From positions 861,892 through 925,891 of the forward strand of contig JACPKY010000002.1 of NCBI GenBank assembly GCA_016186795.1: a stretch of DNA of 64,000 bases, given 5' to 3'. Below the pieces are notes generated by a model that did not search any database, was not told where the DNA came from, and saw only the letters and a program-made list of their open reading frames with translations. This DNA is from Candidatus Gottesmanbacteria bacterium (GTDB lineage Bacteria > Patescibacteriota > Microgenomatia > 2-02-FULL-39-11). Made by a program: the position numbers and the translations under genes. Positions 37,210 to 46,899 of the stretch are shown in pieces. Each line of letters begins with the position of its first letter. Position 1 is the stretch's first letter.

Positions 37210-38123
37210 AATTGCCTCACTCCTTTGGAAGAAAAGTTTAACGGTACCATTGGTATTCCCGCTTTTTTTAATGTTTCGTACATAATTTGTTTAGAGTTCT
37301 TCCAGCACAGAACAATTATACAATCTCCTCCACCTGCTCCTGATAACTTTGCACCCAACGCTCCATGATGTTTTGCAACAAAAATCATCTCGTCCAACCG
37401 ATTAGTGCTTACGCCAAGCATGGAAAGCATTCGTTGATTCTCATCCATAATGCCGCCTAAACGTTTCCAATCTCTGTTATTAAAAGCCTGAATCCCTTCC
37501 TTAACTAAATGACCAATCGAAGAAAAAATGGCGTCGATTCTTTGTGATTCTCTTTCTTTTTGCTCAGAAACCTGCTCCACTAATGTCGAAGTATCAGCTT
37601 TCACGGTACTAAACCCAACAAGGAAGGGGAAATCTTTGATATTGATTTTTTTTACTTGTTTTGTTTTCCCATCAAAAAGAATAACTCCACCATAAATCGT
37701 TGTTGCCACATCATATCCTGATGCTTTTGGTTGGATTTTCTTTACCGCCTCATATGAAAGGTCAAATACCTTTTGTTTCGAAAAAGAAATCGCATAAAAC
37801 TGCAAAAGAGCGGTAATTGTTGCTACTGCCACTGCACTTGATGAACCCAAACCATATCCTGAAATTTCACTTTTGATCGTAATGTGCATAGGTACTCTCC
37901 GAACGGCATTTTTTTGAAAAAATACATCCTTTGCTACGCGGATGAATCGATCGTCTGAAACACTAGATGTCACTTTGTCGGCTCTTAAACCTTCCGAAAG
38001 TTCAACGGTTACTCCCCTATCTATGGCAAATGAAATACATGGATACCCATATACCACAGCATGTTCCCCAAGAAGCATGAGTTTTCCTGGAGCAAAAACG
38101 CGTATACTGTTAGTCTTTTTCAT
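37206..38123 (-). CDS. GHMP kinase, putative phosphomevalonate kinase (second kinase of MVA pathway)
   Basis: 305 aa; APGKLMLLGEHAVVYG N-motif and GHMP ATP motif GYGLGSSSAVAVA; position between MVK and MVD. Confidence 0.5.
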   Translation of the reverse strand: MKKTNSIRVFAPGKLMLLGEHAVVYGYPCISFAIDRGVTVELSEGLRADKVTSSVSDDRFIRVAKDVFFQKNAVRRVPMHITIKSEISGYGLGSSSAVAVATITALLQFYAISFSKQKVFDLSYEAVKKIQPKASGYDVATTIYGGVILFDGKTKQVKKINIKDFPFLVGFSTVKADTSTLVEQVSEQKERESQRIDAIFSSIGHLVKEGIQAFNNRDWKRLGGIMDENQRMLSMLGVSTNRLDEMIFVAKHHGALGAKLSGAGGGDCIIVLCWKNSKQIMYETLKKAGIPMVPLNFSSKGVRQL

Positions 38124-39078
38124 CTATTCTTATTCCTTCTTGCCCCAAAACGACTGGATAAAAAGGAATGGAAAAACGCTTACTAATGGTCTCTATTCTA
38201 GAAGGTTTTTCATGAAAACAGAGAATCATTCCACTTCCTTTGGCAATCCCGCCTGCACCGGAAATTTTTCCTACTCCTCCACTCTTTTCAAGTTCCCGAA
38301 TTATGCTTTGGGCTTTTTTTCCTACCACTCCAATTTTTTCTAAATTTTTCTCCCCTGAAAAAAGTGCGCTTTTCATATCTACAATATTGCCTGTCTTCAA
38401 TGATAAAAGAAGCTTTTTCGTCTGATACTCCTGGTCTGCGAATATACTCTCGAACAATTCTTTCTTTTTTTTATAAGATAAAGCAACTTGTTCTACCATC
38501 TCTCGTGTTGGTTCCTTCGGTTTACCGCTGTGGAGAAGGAAAAATTTGGGAAATGTATATGAGGAAATCGGAAGAGACCAGATTGATTTAAGAAATTCAA
38601 ACTCTTTCCGAAACCAAACCAACCCTCCAAAAACAACCGTTGTATTATCAGCTCCTGACGGATTTCCATGGGTTATTTTCTCAATACTATAGGTAAATTC
38701 ATTTATTTTGTTTGGATTCCAGGTATTTTTAACGACGTTGAGATATGCACCGACAAGCGCTGCCGAAACTGCAGCAGATGACCCAAGTCCTGATCCAATT
38801 GGAAGATTTGAACGAACAGAAATATTCAATTCTGTTGCCTGGGGAAGAGGGAATTTCTCTTGAAGAAAAGAGGCTATTTTTTTTATAAATTGTCTATTGT
38901 GAGAGGCATCTATCTGAACAATGCTTTGTTTTTTGGGAGAAGTTTTTCTTTTCACTGTTACATACGTCCGAAGATTTATCGCGGATAACAATGCTGGTTT
39001 TCCATATACAACAGTATGTTCTCCTAAAAGGTGAACTTTCCCGGGAGCTGAAACAGTGATTGACATGCTATGAGTCAA
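38110..39078 (-). CDS. mvk: Mevalonate kinase (GHMP family)
   Basis: 322 aa; SAPGKVHLLGEHTVVYG and PIGSGLGSSAAVSAAL motifs. Confidence 0.65.
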   Translation of the reverse strand: MTHSMSITVSAPGKVHLLGEHTVVYGKPALLSAINLRTYVTVKRKTSPKKQSIVQIDASHNRQFIKKIASFLQEKFPLPQATELNISVRSNLPIGSGLGSSAAVSAALVGAYLNVVKNTWNPNKINEFTYSIEKITHGNPSGADNTTVVFGGLVWFRKEFEFLKSIWSLPISSYTFPKFFLLHSGKPKEPTREMVEQVALSYKKKKELFESIFADQEYQTKKLLLSLKTGNIVDMKSALFSGEKNLEKIGVVGKKAQSIIRELEKSGGVGKISGAGGIAKGSGMILCFHEKPSRIETISKRFSIPFYPVVLGQEGIRIDEKD

Positions 39079-39376
39079 GAGGCTTACATTTCACACCGTA
39101 TGGAATAACGCCTTCAAGTCCCGGATCCCTGGTCTTTCGTAACACTGTCACAACTTTTTGTCCAAGTCGCAGATGTCGTTCCTCCCAATCAACAAGTTGT
39201 GAAGTTAACCTTTTTTTATTTGAAAACTCGGCAATAACAACAATGTAGGGGGCATGGGATTTAAATCCGATTGGTGGAACGTGAATTTTCGTCCAAGAGG
39301 TAATAATTCCGGAAAGTCCCAGCATCGAACGGACATATTTCTGATTTCGCCAAATCTTTACGGGAGAGACGATCAT
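39068..39376 (-). CDS. DUF35 OB-fold protein (thiolase/HMG-CoA synthase complex scaffold type)
   Basis: 102 aa; OB-fold DUF35 pattern ...GIITSWTKIHVPPIGF...APYIVVIAEF...LGQKV; located immediately downstream of thiolase and HMGS as in archaeal complexes. Confidence 0.55.
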   Translation of the reverse strand: MIVSPVKIWRNQKYVRSMLGLSGIITSWTKIHVPPIGFKSHAPYIVVIAEFSNKKRLTSQLVDWEERHLRLGQKVVTVLRKTRDPGLEGVIPYGVKCKPLDS

Positions 39377-39387
39377 AAAGCCTTGTA

Positions 39388-40533
39388 TTACGACTGTAAC
39401 GCGAGAATATGAATAACTGCCGTTGCTCCACTTCCCCCCACATTATGGGTTAATCCAACTCGTGCACCTTGGATCTGCTTTGGTCCGGCAATGCCCAAAA
39501 GCTGCTGATAGGTTTCAACAATCTGTTTCACTCCTGTTGCTCCAACTGGATGACCAGAGGCTTTCAGCCCCCCGGAAATATTCACAACCAGCTTTTTCCC
39601 AATTCGTGTTTCCCCTTCCAGAATGGATTTTCCGGCAATTCCCCGAGGGAAAAATCCTAAATCTTCCATGGCAATAATTTCTGCGATAGTAAAACAATCA
39701 TGAACCTCGGCAACATCAACATCTTTCGGACCAATTCCCGCTATTTCATACGCATTGGATGAGGCGCGGACTGCAGATTGTAATGTTGTCAAGTCATGTC
39801 TCTCAGAAAGACCGAGTGTATCTGTAGAAACAGATGATGCAACGATAGCGACATGTTTTTTTGATTTCGGCTTCACCGTACTTATAACGACAGCTGCCGC
39901 TCCGTCTGAAATTGGTGAACAATCAAGAAGCTTTAAAGGGGATGCAACAACAGGGCTTCGTAATACTTTTTTGATTGTTACCGGTGAGGTAAAATGGGCG
40001 TGCGAGTTTAGTGACGCATGATAATGGTTTTTTACTGATACAGCTGCCATTTCTTCTTCGGTTGTTCCATACTTTTCCATGTGAGCCCGGGCAATGAGTG
40101 CATAGAGAGCAGGAAACGTTGCACCAGCTTCTCGCTCTGCCTCAGATCCGGCACCCATAAGCAGGGACGCTACCTCTTCCGGTTGATAATCTGTCATTTT
40201 TTCAACGCCAACAACCAACACATTCTCATAGCTTCCAGACAATGCGGCAAGGACACCGGCATGCATTGCCAACCCTCCAGACGCACACGCACCTTCTACT
40301 CTCATAGCTGGAACGATCATACCTAATTCTTCAGCAAAAAATGCGCCTAAATGTTCCTGATTCCCAAGCGCTCCCGAGAGCATATTGCCAACAAAAATTG
40401 CTTGAATATCTTTACTATTTAACCCGGATTGTGTGAGCGCGTCATTCACCGCATTCCCTACAAGCGTTCGCGGGGAAATATTCCATAGTTCTCCAAATTT
40501 CGTTGTTGCAGCTCCCCGAAGGTATACCTTCAT
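39388..40533 (-). CDS. Acetyl-CoA acetyltransferase (thiolase, archaeal-type)
   Basis: 381 aa; thiolase fold blocks GACASGG (active Cys), NVGGSGATAV C-terminal motif. Confidence 0.75.
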   Translation of the reverse strand: MKVYLRGAATTKFGELWNISPRTLVGNAVNDALTQSGLNSKDIQAIFVGNMLSGALGNQEHLGAFFAEELGMIVPAMRVEGACASGGLAMHAGVLAALSGSYENVLVVGVEKMTDYQPEEVASLLMGAGSEAEREAGATFPALYALIARAHMEKYGTTEEEMAAVSVKNHYHASLNSHAHFTSPVTIKKVLRSPVVASPLKLLDCSPISDGAAAVVISTVKPKSKKHVAIVASSVSTDTLGLSERHDLTTLQSAVRASSNAYEIAGIGPKDVDVAEVHDCFTIAEIIAMEDLGFFPRGIAGKSILEGETRIGKKLVVNISGGLKASGHPVGATGVKQIVETYQQLLGIAGPKQIQGARVGLTHNVGGSGATAVIHILALQS

Positions 40534-41570
40534 ATTTTCCCTCCCATACGAAGATATTCAACGTACGATATATATCGTTTCTTTTTCATAAAATCAGATA
40601 CATGTGGAACTTTCCCTCTTTTTTTTGTAATTGCGGAAGTTGTCTCAAAAACGAAAGCGTCAGATCCGGCTCCAGATCCATATGACGCCATAAAAATCTT
40701 CTGTTTCGGTTTCGCAATATCCAAAACCGCAGATAAACCTATAAGGGATGATGCAGAATACGGATTTCCGATAAAATCAACTGTTAAAGATGGCGCAAGT
40801 TGCTTCTCACTAAATCCAAGGCGTCTTGCCACATCGCGAGGAAACTTCCCATTCGGCATATGGAATACACAATAATCAAAATCCGAAGCATCAGTTTTTG
40901 TTTTGGAAAAAAGCTGACGTGCTGCCCCTTCCACATGCGCATAATATGAAGGTGTTCCGGTAAATCTCCCTCCGTGCGTTGGGAACTTCACTCCATCTCG
41001 TCTCCAAAAATCTGGAGTATCTGAGGAGTATGAGGTCCAATCAAGAAGTGTGGCAATTGCCTCAGGTGAGTTTCTCCCAATTAGATATGAAGAAGCAGCT
41101 GATGCTGCGGTGTATTCCAAAATATCATGCGGTTTTGCCTGTGCAGTATCTGTACCGATACAAAGACCTACCTCTGCCTTTTTTGATTCAACGAGCGCCG
41201 AGATTGCGATTAACCCTGTTGTTGCTGCTTTACAGGCAAACTCAAGGTCGGAAGCCAAGTAGTTTTTCCCAATACCTAAAAATTCTGCAACAATTGTTGA
41301 AGTAGGATTAACTGCATAGGGATGACTTTCAGAACCTACAAAACATACATCGACCCGTGATGGATTGATATTCGCATATTCAAATGCATATTTTGACGCC
41401 TCGTAGGCAAGAGTAACCGCATCCTCATCATACCCGGCAACAGATTTTTCCCCAACAGAAAGTGAACTCACAAGTTCCCTCGGATTTTTTCCCCAGACTG
41501 AGGCGGTATCGGCCGTTTTCACCCGATACAATGGAATATAGACACCGTAGCCTAAAATACCAACATTCAT
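40530..41570 (-). CDS. mvaS: Hydroxymethylglutaryl-CoA synthase
   Basis: 346 aa; N-terminal MNVGILGYGVYIP, active-site region CFVGSESHPYAVNPTS typical of HMGS. Confidence 0.75.
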   Translation of the reverse strand: MNVGILGYGVYIPLYRVKTADTASVWGKNPRELVSSLSVGEKSVAGYDEDAVTLAYEASKYAFEYANINPSRVDVCFVGSESHPYAVNPTSTIVAEFLGIGKNYLASDLEFACKAATTGLIAISALVESKKAEVGLCIGTDTAQAKPHDILEYTAASAASSYLIGRNSPEAIATLLDWTSYSSDTPDFWRRDGVKFPTHGGRFTGTPSYYAHVEGAARQLFSKTKTDASDFDYCVFHMPNGKFPRDVARRLGFSEKQLAPSLTVDFIGNPYSASSLIGLSAVLDIAKPKQKIFMASYGSGAGSDAFVFETTSAITKKRGKVPHVSDFMKKKRYISYVEYLRMGGKI

Positions 41571-41573
41571 ACC

Positions 41574-42722
41574 TTATTTTCCGCGAGCAAATTTTTGGTG
41601 GGAAGAGGCTAGACTACCAACAGAGAGAGAGGCAAGAAGAGATATTTCTCCTGCCAAAACTGCCCCGCCGACAATTTCAGCAAGGGTAGCTGCGTTTTTT
41701 CCGTTTTTCCCTCCCGCAACTCCTAAGATATCTAACGCTTCATTTTGTGCAGGAAGGGATGTTCCTCCTCCAACAGTTCCAATAACCAGGCTTGGCAAAT
41801 AGACAGATAGATATAATCCTTGTTTCGTCATTTGAGTCGTAGTAATTCCTAAACTTCCTTCAACAACATGAGCTACATCTTGACCTGTTGCAATAAACAG
41901 CGCCGCGACAACATTGGCAAAGTGCGCATTAAAACCCAATGACCCACTCATCATGGATCCATAGACGCATTTGGCTAACCAAGTTTCATAGAGTTTTTGG
42001 GCTGTCGTTTTCAGTACGGAGGAAAGTACCTTCTCGGAAAGAATGACTTCTGCCCAAACTTTCCATCCACGATTCTCGATAAAATTAAGCCATGCCGCTT
42101 TTTTATCTATATCGAAATTGCCTGCAAGCGATAGGCATTTAAATCCTGTTTCGTGTTCAAGAAACTCAGCCATTTTTTGTGTGGCAATCGTGGCCATATT
42201 CATTCCCATCGCATCCTGAGTATCGAAGGAAAAGCGGACAAAAACGTGTTGGCTAAGGGTGTTCACTTTTATTTTGTCCAATTTCAGATGATTCGACGTC
42301 TCTTGAGCTTCCTTTCGTAATCTATCCCCATGAGTTTTAATCCAGCGATAGAGCTTCTCACTATTTTCTATTGAACCGGTATAGAAAACTGGGCCACGAG
42401 TTATTCCAACACGGTGACAATTAACAATTCCTCCTCCGCTTTGAGAAATCGCTTTGCAACCACGGTTTATCGAAGCAACAAGGGCTCCCTCTGTCGTTGC
42501 CAATGGGAGATAAAACGTTCCTTTGGCAACAGATCCTCTAATGTGAATCGGTCCGGCAATACCCAGAGGAATTGATGTTGCACCCACCATGTTTTCACAG
42601 TTATGGGACGACGCCACTTCTAAACTCTCTGGGTAGGTTGAGACAGAAGAAAAACTCTTTTTTGTTATCGTCTCCAACAGCTTCCGACGTACTCTCACAG
42701 TCTTTGCATCTTGCAGTTTCAT
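41574..42722 (-). CDS. mvaA: 3-hydroxy-3-methylglutaryl-CoA reductase
   Basis: 382 aa; ENMVGATSIPLGIAGP, DAMGMNMAT and GTVGGGT motifs of HMGR catalytic domain. Confidence 0.8.
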   Translation of the reverse strand: MKLQDAKTVRVRRKLLETITKKSFSSVSTYPESLEVASSHNCENMVGATSIPLGIAGPIHIRGSVAKGTFYLPLATTEGALVASINRGCKAISQSGGGIVNCHRVGITRGPVFYTGSIENSEKLYRWIKTHGDRLRKEAQETSNHLKLDKIKVNTLSQHVFVRFSFDTQDAMGMNMATIATQKMAEFLEHETGFKCLSLAGNFDIDKKAAWLNFIENRGWKVWAEVILSEKVLSSVLKTTAQKLYETWLAKCVYGSMMSGSLGFNAHFANVVAALFIATGQDVAHVVEGSLGITTTQMTKQGLYLSVYLPSLVIGTVGGGTSLPAQNEALDILGVAGGKNGKNAATLAEIVGGAVLAGEISLLASLSVGSLASSHQKFARGK

Positions 42723-42725
42723 ACG

Positions 42726-43469
42726 TTAAAGAAACGGTACACGAAAGATTCGCAGCATATAAAATACTGTCGATAATCCAACAATGAGAGGAACAACAAG
42801 AAGCGTAATGAGTCCGATTTTTAACAGATCCAAGCGGAGAGCAAATCTGAGAGTCAAATAATACAAAATTATTTTCCAAAAGAAAAGGGAGAGGGTGAGA
42901 GTGAGAAAAATAACACTAAAAAGTTTCCCTAAAAACGCTTCGGTTCTTGGGGGTGGAAGAAAAATATAAAGAAGCGAGGTAAGAAAAAACCAGATCGTTG
43001 TAGGAAGAAGGCTATATGTCCAAAGAATTGTTAACGTTTTTACTGATCCTTTCCCTCCTAAGAGTTTTCCAAGTGTTATAAAAAAAACGATCATGGTAGT
43101 AAATCCAAAAATAAACGCCGCAAAAAGGACGTTGAAATGAACTGAAAGCAAGAATGGGTACGACTTCCCGATACGAATAAAACTAGCAAAGATAAAATAG
43201 GCAATAACAAGAAGGAATACGAAAAGAAAATGACGGTGATCAGTTTTTTCAACAGAAAGCCTCCGATAGGTAACATACGGGTTATGGAATGTTCCAACAG
43301 CATTTGTTACAAAAAGGAGAGAAAGTTTCACGAGGGTGGTTACACGTATCATGGAATTTTCCCTTAGAACCCAAACTGTAGAAGAGATGCAATTTTCACG
43401 ACCGTTGAACCAAGGAGGAAATATAAAAATACACTCAAGAGAAAAGAGAAGGTTACAGTACTTCTCCAC
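42726..43469 (-). CDS. Hypothetical membrane protein (5-6 TM)
   Basis: 247 aa hydrophobic ORF following HMGR (3-nt gap). Confidence 0.45.
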   Translation of the reverse strand: MEKYCNLLFSLECIFIFPPWFNGRENCISSTVWVLRENSMIRVTTLVKLSLLFVTNAVGTFHNPYVTYRRLSVEKTDHRHFLFVFLLVIAYFIFASFIRIGKSYPFLLSVHFNVLFAAFIFGFTTMIVFFITLGKLLGGKGSVKTLTILWTYSLLPTTIWFFLTSLLYIFLPPPRTEAFLGKLFSVIFLTLTLSLFFWKIILYYLTLRFALRLDLLKIGLITLLVVPLIVGLSTVFYMLRIFRVPFL

Positions 43470-43593
43470 GGGGCAAATTTCAAATACGGAACTATCCGTT
43501 TGTACGCAAACGTCAACGGCCCTAGTGTCTGAGGGGGAACAACTGTCATCTCCTGCATCTTGGCAACTAAAAGCTCATACACTCTATCGTTTT

Positions 43594-44217
43594 TCATACA
43601 GAATATGCAAGAACGAATGCTCTCCGTGCCCGGAAAAGCAAACTTTCCGCACTTTTAAATGAAATAGCTAACTTTTTAGCAATTTCTTCAACAGAGTAGC
43701 CGTAAATATACTTCAACCGGAGTATCTTACTCTGGTTTGGTGCAAGCTTTCCGAAGGTTTTTCGAATTTTCTCCCGAAGCAACACTTCATCAAGAGTACT
43801 TTCGGGTCCAAGAAGCGTTGAGAGAATCGGTTCGATCTCGACAAACTTGGAAAATACTACCTGTTTGATCTTTTTTTTCCTGTAATAATCAATGATTTTA
43901 TGGACTGCAATACTACATATAAATGTATAGAGAGAACTCCGAAACGAAAAATCACGAAGCGCTTCTAGCGTTGCCAGAAAAACATCCTGAAGAATTTCCT
44001 CAGCGTCATGCTCATTTCCAACTTTTGCTCGTATAAAGGAAAAAAGACGTGGCTGATATATATGGTAAAATTTCCGAAGAGAAGGCTCATCTCCTGAAAG
44101 GATGTGTGTTACGATCTGTTTTTCGTCCATATTTATACCTATCTTAGTCGAAAAATCCAGATCTTTCATGTAATTTAGAACTCGTTTCAAAACCTCATTT
44201 CTACTGCAAACGCCCAT
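43594..44217 (-). CDS. RNA polymerase sigma-70 family factor (ECF-like, regions 2 and 4)
   Basis: 207 aa; region 2 ILQDVFLATLEAL...YRKKK and region 4 HTH LRLKYIYGYSVEEIAKKLAISFKSAESLLFRARRA; start may be internal (MKDLDF or MDEKQ). Confidence 0.7.
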   Translation of the reverse strand: MGVCSRNEVLKRVLNYMKDLDFSTKIGINMDEKQIVTHILSGDEPSLRKFYHIYQPRLFSFIRAKVGNEHDAEEILQDVFLATLEALRDFSFRSSLYTFICSIAVHKIIDYYRKKKIKQVVFSKFVEIEPILSTLLGPESTLDEVLLREKIRKTFGKLAPNQSKILRLKYIYGYSVEEIAKKLAISFKSAESLLFRARRAFVLAYSV

Positions 44218-44367
44218 ATTCAGCTACACACGGTTCAAAGCTCCTAGAAGTATCACTTCGTGTATACTCCGTCGTCACTTTTCACCGTGTTCGCATGAAT
44301 ATGAACATTTTCGCGACGAAAGCAGGTTTTGAAATGAGTTCTAGTATTGTACCCCTCCTTCCCTCGT

Positions 44368-44397
44368 TTGACAAATACTCAAAAACTCCCCTACACT
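44368..44397 (+). promoter_or_regulatory. Candidate sigma-70-type promoter (TTGACA-18 nt-TACACT) for pilin-like gene array; near-leaderless
   Basis: TTGACA at 44368..44373, TACACT at 44392..44397, ATG of first pilin-like gene at 44407. Confidence 0.4.
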
Positions 44398-44406
44398 ACA
44401 AGTAGT

Positions 44407-44730
44407 ATGTTTGCAAAACCAGTGTATGCGGTGAATGTCTGCGATGTTTGGACCTTTTGTAATAATAAGAATTTTGCTTCGCTTGGAAGCATTGTCTCGT
44501 TCTTCCTTCCCAAACTTATCCTGGCTGGGGCTGTCATCTTTTTTATCCTGATTATCGTTGCCGGAGTTGGAGTTATTTCCGGAGCAGGTGGTGATGATGC
44601 CAACGCCAAAGAACAATCCAAGATGTTTTTGACATACGCTGTCATTGGACTTCTTCTTATTTTTGGGGCATACTGGATACTGCAGATTCTCAATTTTATC
44701 TTAGGTGGATCGCTTGGCGGATTATTATAG
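44407..44730 (+). CDS. TrbC/VirB2-like (T4SS-pilin-type) small protein, array member 1
   Basis: ORF 44347..44730; preferred start MFAKPV at 44407; two TM helices around ISGAGGDDANAKEQSK loop. Confidence 0.5.
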   Translation: MFAKPVYAVNVCDVWTFCNNKNFASLGSIVSFFLPKLILAGAVIFFILIIVAGVGVISGAGGDDANAKEQSKMFLTYAVIGLLLIFGAYWILQILNFILGGSLGGLL

Positions 44731-44735
44731 TACCA

Positions 44736-45164
44736 ATGAAAAACTTCAACTTTTTGTTAACTATGGCTTTCCTTTTGGCTTTTGGTGTTACTATCCTTTT
44801 ACCAGTTCAAGAAGTCTTTGCACAAACGAATCCTATTGGCGTCATTATTGCACCAACTGGAGGACTGCTTGCAACACCTGCAATTGATGCGTCAGGAAAG
44901 CTTACCGGGGTTATTGCTCTTTTAAATTCCATCCTGAGACTTATATTTATCACTGCAGGGCTCTGGGGATTTATTAATCTCCTTATTTCGGGATTTCAAT
45001 TTATGACTGCAGGAGGCGACCCAAAAGCAATTTCGAAAGCTTGGGAAAAAATTTGGCAATCATTCTTGGGGCTTCTGATTATTGTCACGTCATTTTTACT
45101 GGCAGCAATTATCGGTATCCTCTTATTTAGAGATCCTGTTGCCATTCTTCAGCCTTCACTATGA
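44736..45164 (+). CDS. TrbC/VirB2-like pilin-type small protein, array member 2
   Basis: 142 aa; signal peptide; FQFMTAGGDPKAISKAWEK loop between two TM helices. Confidence 0.55.
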   Translation: MKNFNFLLTMAFLLAFGVTILLPVQEVFAQTNPIGVIIAPTGGLLATPAIDASGKLTGVIALLNSILRLIFITAGLWGFINLLISGFQFMTAGGDPKAISKAWEKIWQSFLGLLIIVTSFLLAAIIGILLFRDPVAILQPSL

Positions 45165-45616
45165 TGAAACAATTGTTCATTATCCTAATTACTGGTATTT
45201 TTTTCTTTTCAACACCTGTGCTTTCCGTCGATTCTTCAACGGGATTAGGATGCAGCGGTACAGGGAACCCTTTTGGGCCGCTTGCGAGCTTCCTTTGTGA
45301 ATTTAGTCCTGGTGCTAGTGAAGAAAACACAGCAGCTGTGGGAAATAAATTAAATTTCACCTTAAGTAGAATCATAGGCTTTTTAACAATTGTTGCAGCA
45401 CTGTGGTTTATCATCCAAATTATCACCGGCGGCTACCAATGGATTTCATCAGGAGGAGATAAACATGGAGTGGAAACGGCACGCGATAAAATGACGTGGG
45501 CATTTATTGGCCTTCTTGTTGTCGTTTTGGGATGGGTCATTGCTGGAGTTGTAGGAAGAATGCTCGGACTTGATATACTAAATCCGGGAAGTCTCCTGCC
45601 AACACTTGGGCTGTAA
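45161..45616 (+). CDS. TrbC/VirB2-like pilin-type small protein, array member 3
   Basis: 151 aa; signal peptide; YQWISSGGDKHGVETARDK loop between TM helices; ATGA overlap with member 2. Confidence 0.55.
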   Translation: MMKQLFIILITGIFFFSTPVLSVDSSTGLGCSGTGNPFGPLASFLCEFSPGASEENTAAVGNKLNFTLSRIIGFLTIVAALWFIIQIITGGYQWISSGGDKHGVETARDKMTWAFIGLLVVVLGWVIAGVVGRMLGLDILNPGSLLPTLGL

Positions 45617-45622
45617 AAAACT

Positions 45623-45994
45623 ATGAATCACCCGATACTTCTTGCACAAATATCGCCAATAACAAATCCGGTTATAACCAACATTGCGCAACGAACTCCG
45701 GATGAGGCGCCTGTTGTCTTTGCGAAATTTTTTGCAGCTTTGGTTGGCCTTCTCCTTACCGGGGCAACGCTTTTTGCGTTGATACAACTTTTTATCGGAG
45801 CTCTCCAATGGATAGCATCCAGTGGAGATAAAACAGCACTAGAAAATGCCCGTGAACGGATTATCCAAGCAATTGTCGGTCTTGTCATTACTTTTGCCGT
45901 ATGGTCAATTTATCTTATTATCCTTCAATTTTTGGGGATATCACCGATTGGAACAGGAGGATCATTTAATATCGTCATTCCCTCTCTTTTATAA
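45623..45994 (+). CDS. TrbC/VirB2-like pilin-type small protein, array member 4
   Basis: 123 aa; LQWIASSGDKTALENARER loop between TM helices. Confidence 0.55.
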   Translation: MNHPILLAQISPITNPVITNIAQRTPDEAPVVFAKFFAALVGLLLTGATLFALIQLFIGALQWIASSGDKTALENARERIIQAIVGLVITFAVWSIYLIILQFLGISPIGTGGSFNIVIPSLL

Positions 45995-46000
45995 AGATAT

Positions 46001-46462
46001 TTGCTGTTTCCCGAATTCATGGATACTCTTGACAAGATGAAAAGTACATTCCATACTAGGAGTATGAAGAGACTTGTATCTTTTGGCGGCGGTGTAGCTA
46101 CGGTTCTTCTTGCCTCATCGTACACATTTGCAGCCGAGACAAAAATAGTCGTCTCGCAACCTCCAAATCTGAAGATTACTAATTTCGGCAAACTCATTGG
46201 AGCTGCGATTGGGGTTGCTCTCGTCCTTGCAACCCTTGCTGCATTCTTCTTCCTTCTCTGGGGTGGTATCCAATGGATCACCTCAGGAGGAGACAAAGCG
46301 GGGGTTGAATCGGCACAACATAGAATCCAGGCAGCACTTCTTGGTCTTCTTATCGTCTTTTCTAACATCTTCCAGTTTACGATACCCAGTGCTGCAACGA
46401 TTACTAATCCTGCTCCCTTTCTTCCTCCTGGTAACCCTGTTGACAACTATCCTAACGAGTAG
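46001..46462 (+). CDS. TrbC/VirB2-like pilin-type small protein, array member 5
   Basis: 153 aa (start may be MKRLVSF signal at about 46064); IQWITSGGDKAGVESAQHR loop. Confidence 0.55.
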   Translation: MLFPEFMDTLDKMKSTFHTRSMKRLVSFGGGVATVLLASSYTFAAETKIVVSQPPNLKITNFGKLIGAAIGVALVLATLAAFFFLLWGGIQWITSGGDKAGVESAQHRIQAALLGLLIVFSNIFQFTIPSAATITNPAPFLPPGNPVDNYPNE

Positions 46463-46548
46463 AAACAGGAATCTCGACGACTAGTGGAATAGAGGGTAAA
46501 AACTCTACCCTTGACAAGTGAAAAAGAACATACCATACTATCTATATT

Positions 46549-46899
46549 ATGAAAAAGTTATTTGCTACTTTAACCGGTTTCACCTCAGTTTTACTCGCAT
46601 CTTCTCCCGCATTTGCCCAAGATACAACAATTACTATTTCAAGACCCGCAAATTTAAACATTACTGAATTTGGCAAGCTCATCGGGGCAATTATCGGCGC
46701 TGCCCTTGTCCTTGCAACCCTTGCTGCATTCTTCTTCCTTCTCTGGGGTGGTATCCAATGGATCACCTCAGGAGGAGACAAAGCGGGGGTTGAATCGGCA
46801 CAACATAGAATCCAGGCAGCACTTCTTGGTCTTCTTATCGTCTTTTCTATTCCTTTCTATGGAAAATTGGCCAGGCACGAATATCCCCTGTATTCTTAA
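46549..46899 (+). CDS. TrbC/VirB2-like pilin-type small protein, array member 6 (carries 150-bp tract identical to member 5; divergent C-tail)
   Basis: 116 aa; identical LVLATLAAFFFLLWGGIQWITSGGDKAGVESAQHRIQAALLGLLIVFS segment; overlaps next gene start by 41 nt. Confidence 0.45.
   Translation: MKKLFATLTGFTSVLLASSPAFAQDTTITISRPANLNITEFGKLIGAIIGAALVLATLAAFFFLLWGGIQWITSGGDKAGVESAQHRIQAALLGLLIVFSIPFYGKLARHEYPLYS

Noticed and set aside
44218-44406. 190-bp gap upstream of the pilin array, considered as a possible small RNA or riboswitch
   Set aside because: No convincing conserved structure was seen by eye. It contains a good TTGACA/TACACT promoter instead, so I interpret it as a promoter region.
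46542-46781. Minus-strand ORFs 45925..46446 and 46542..46781 sharing an identical N-terminus (MSPPEVIHWIPPQRRKKNAARVARTRA)
   Set aside because: They are antisense reflections of the identical 150-bp tract in the two pilin paralogs, not independent genes.
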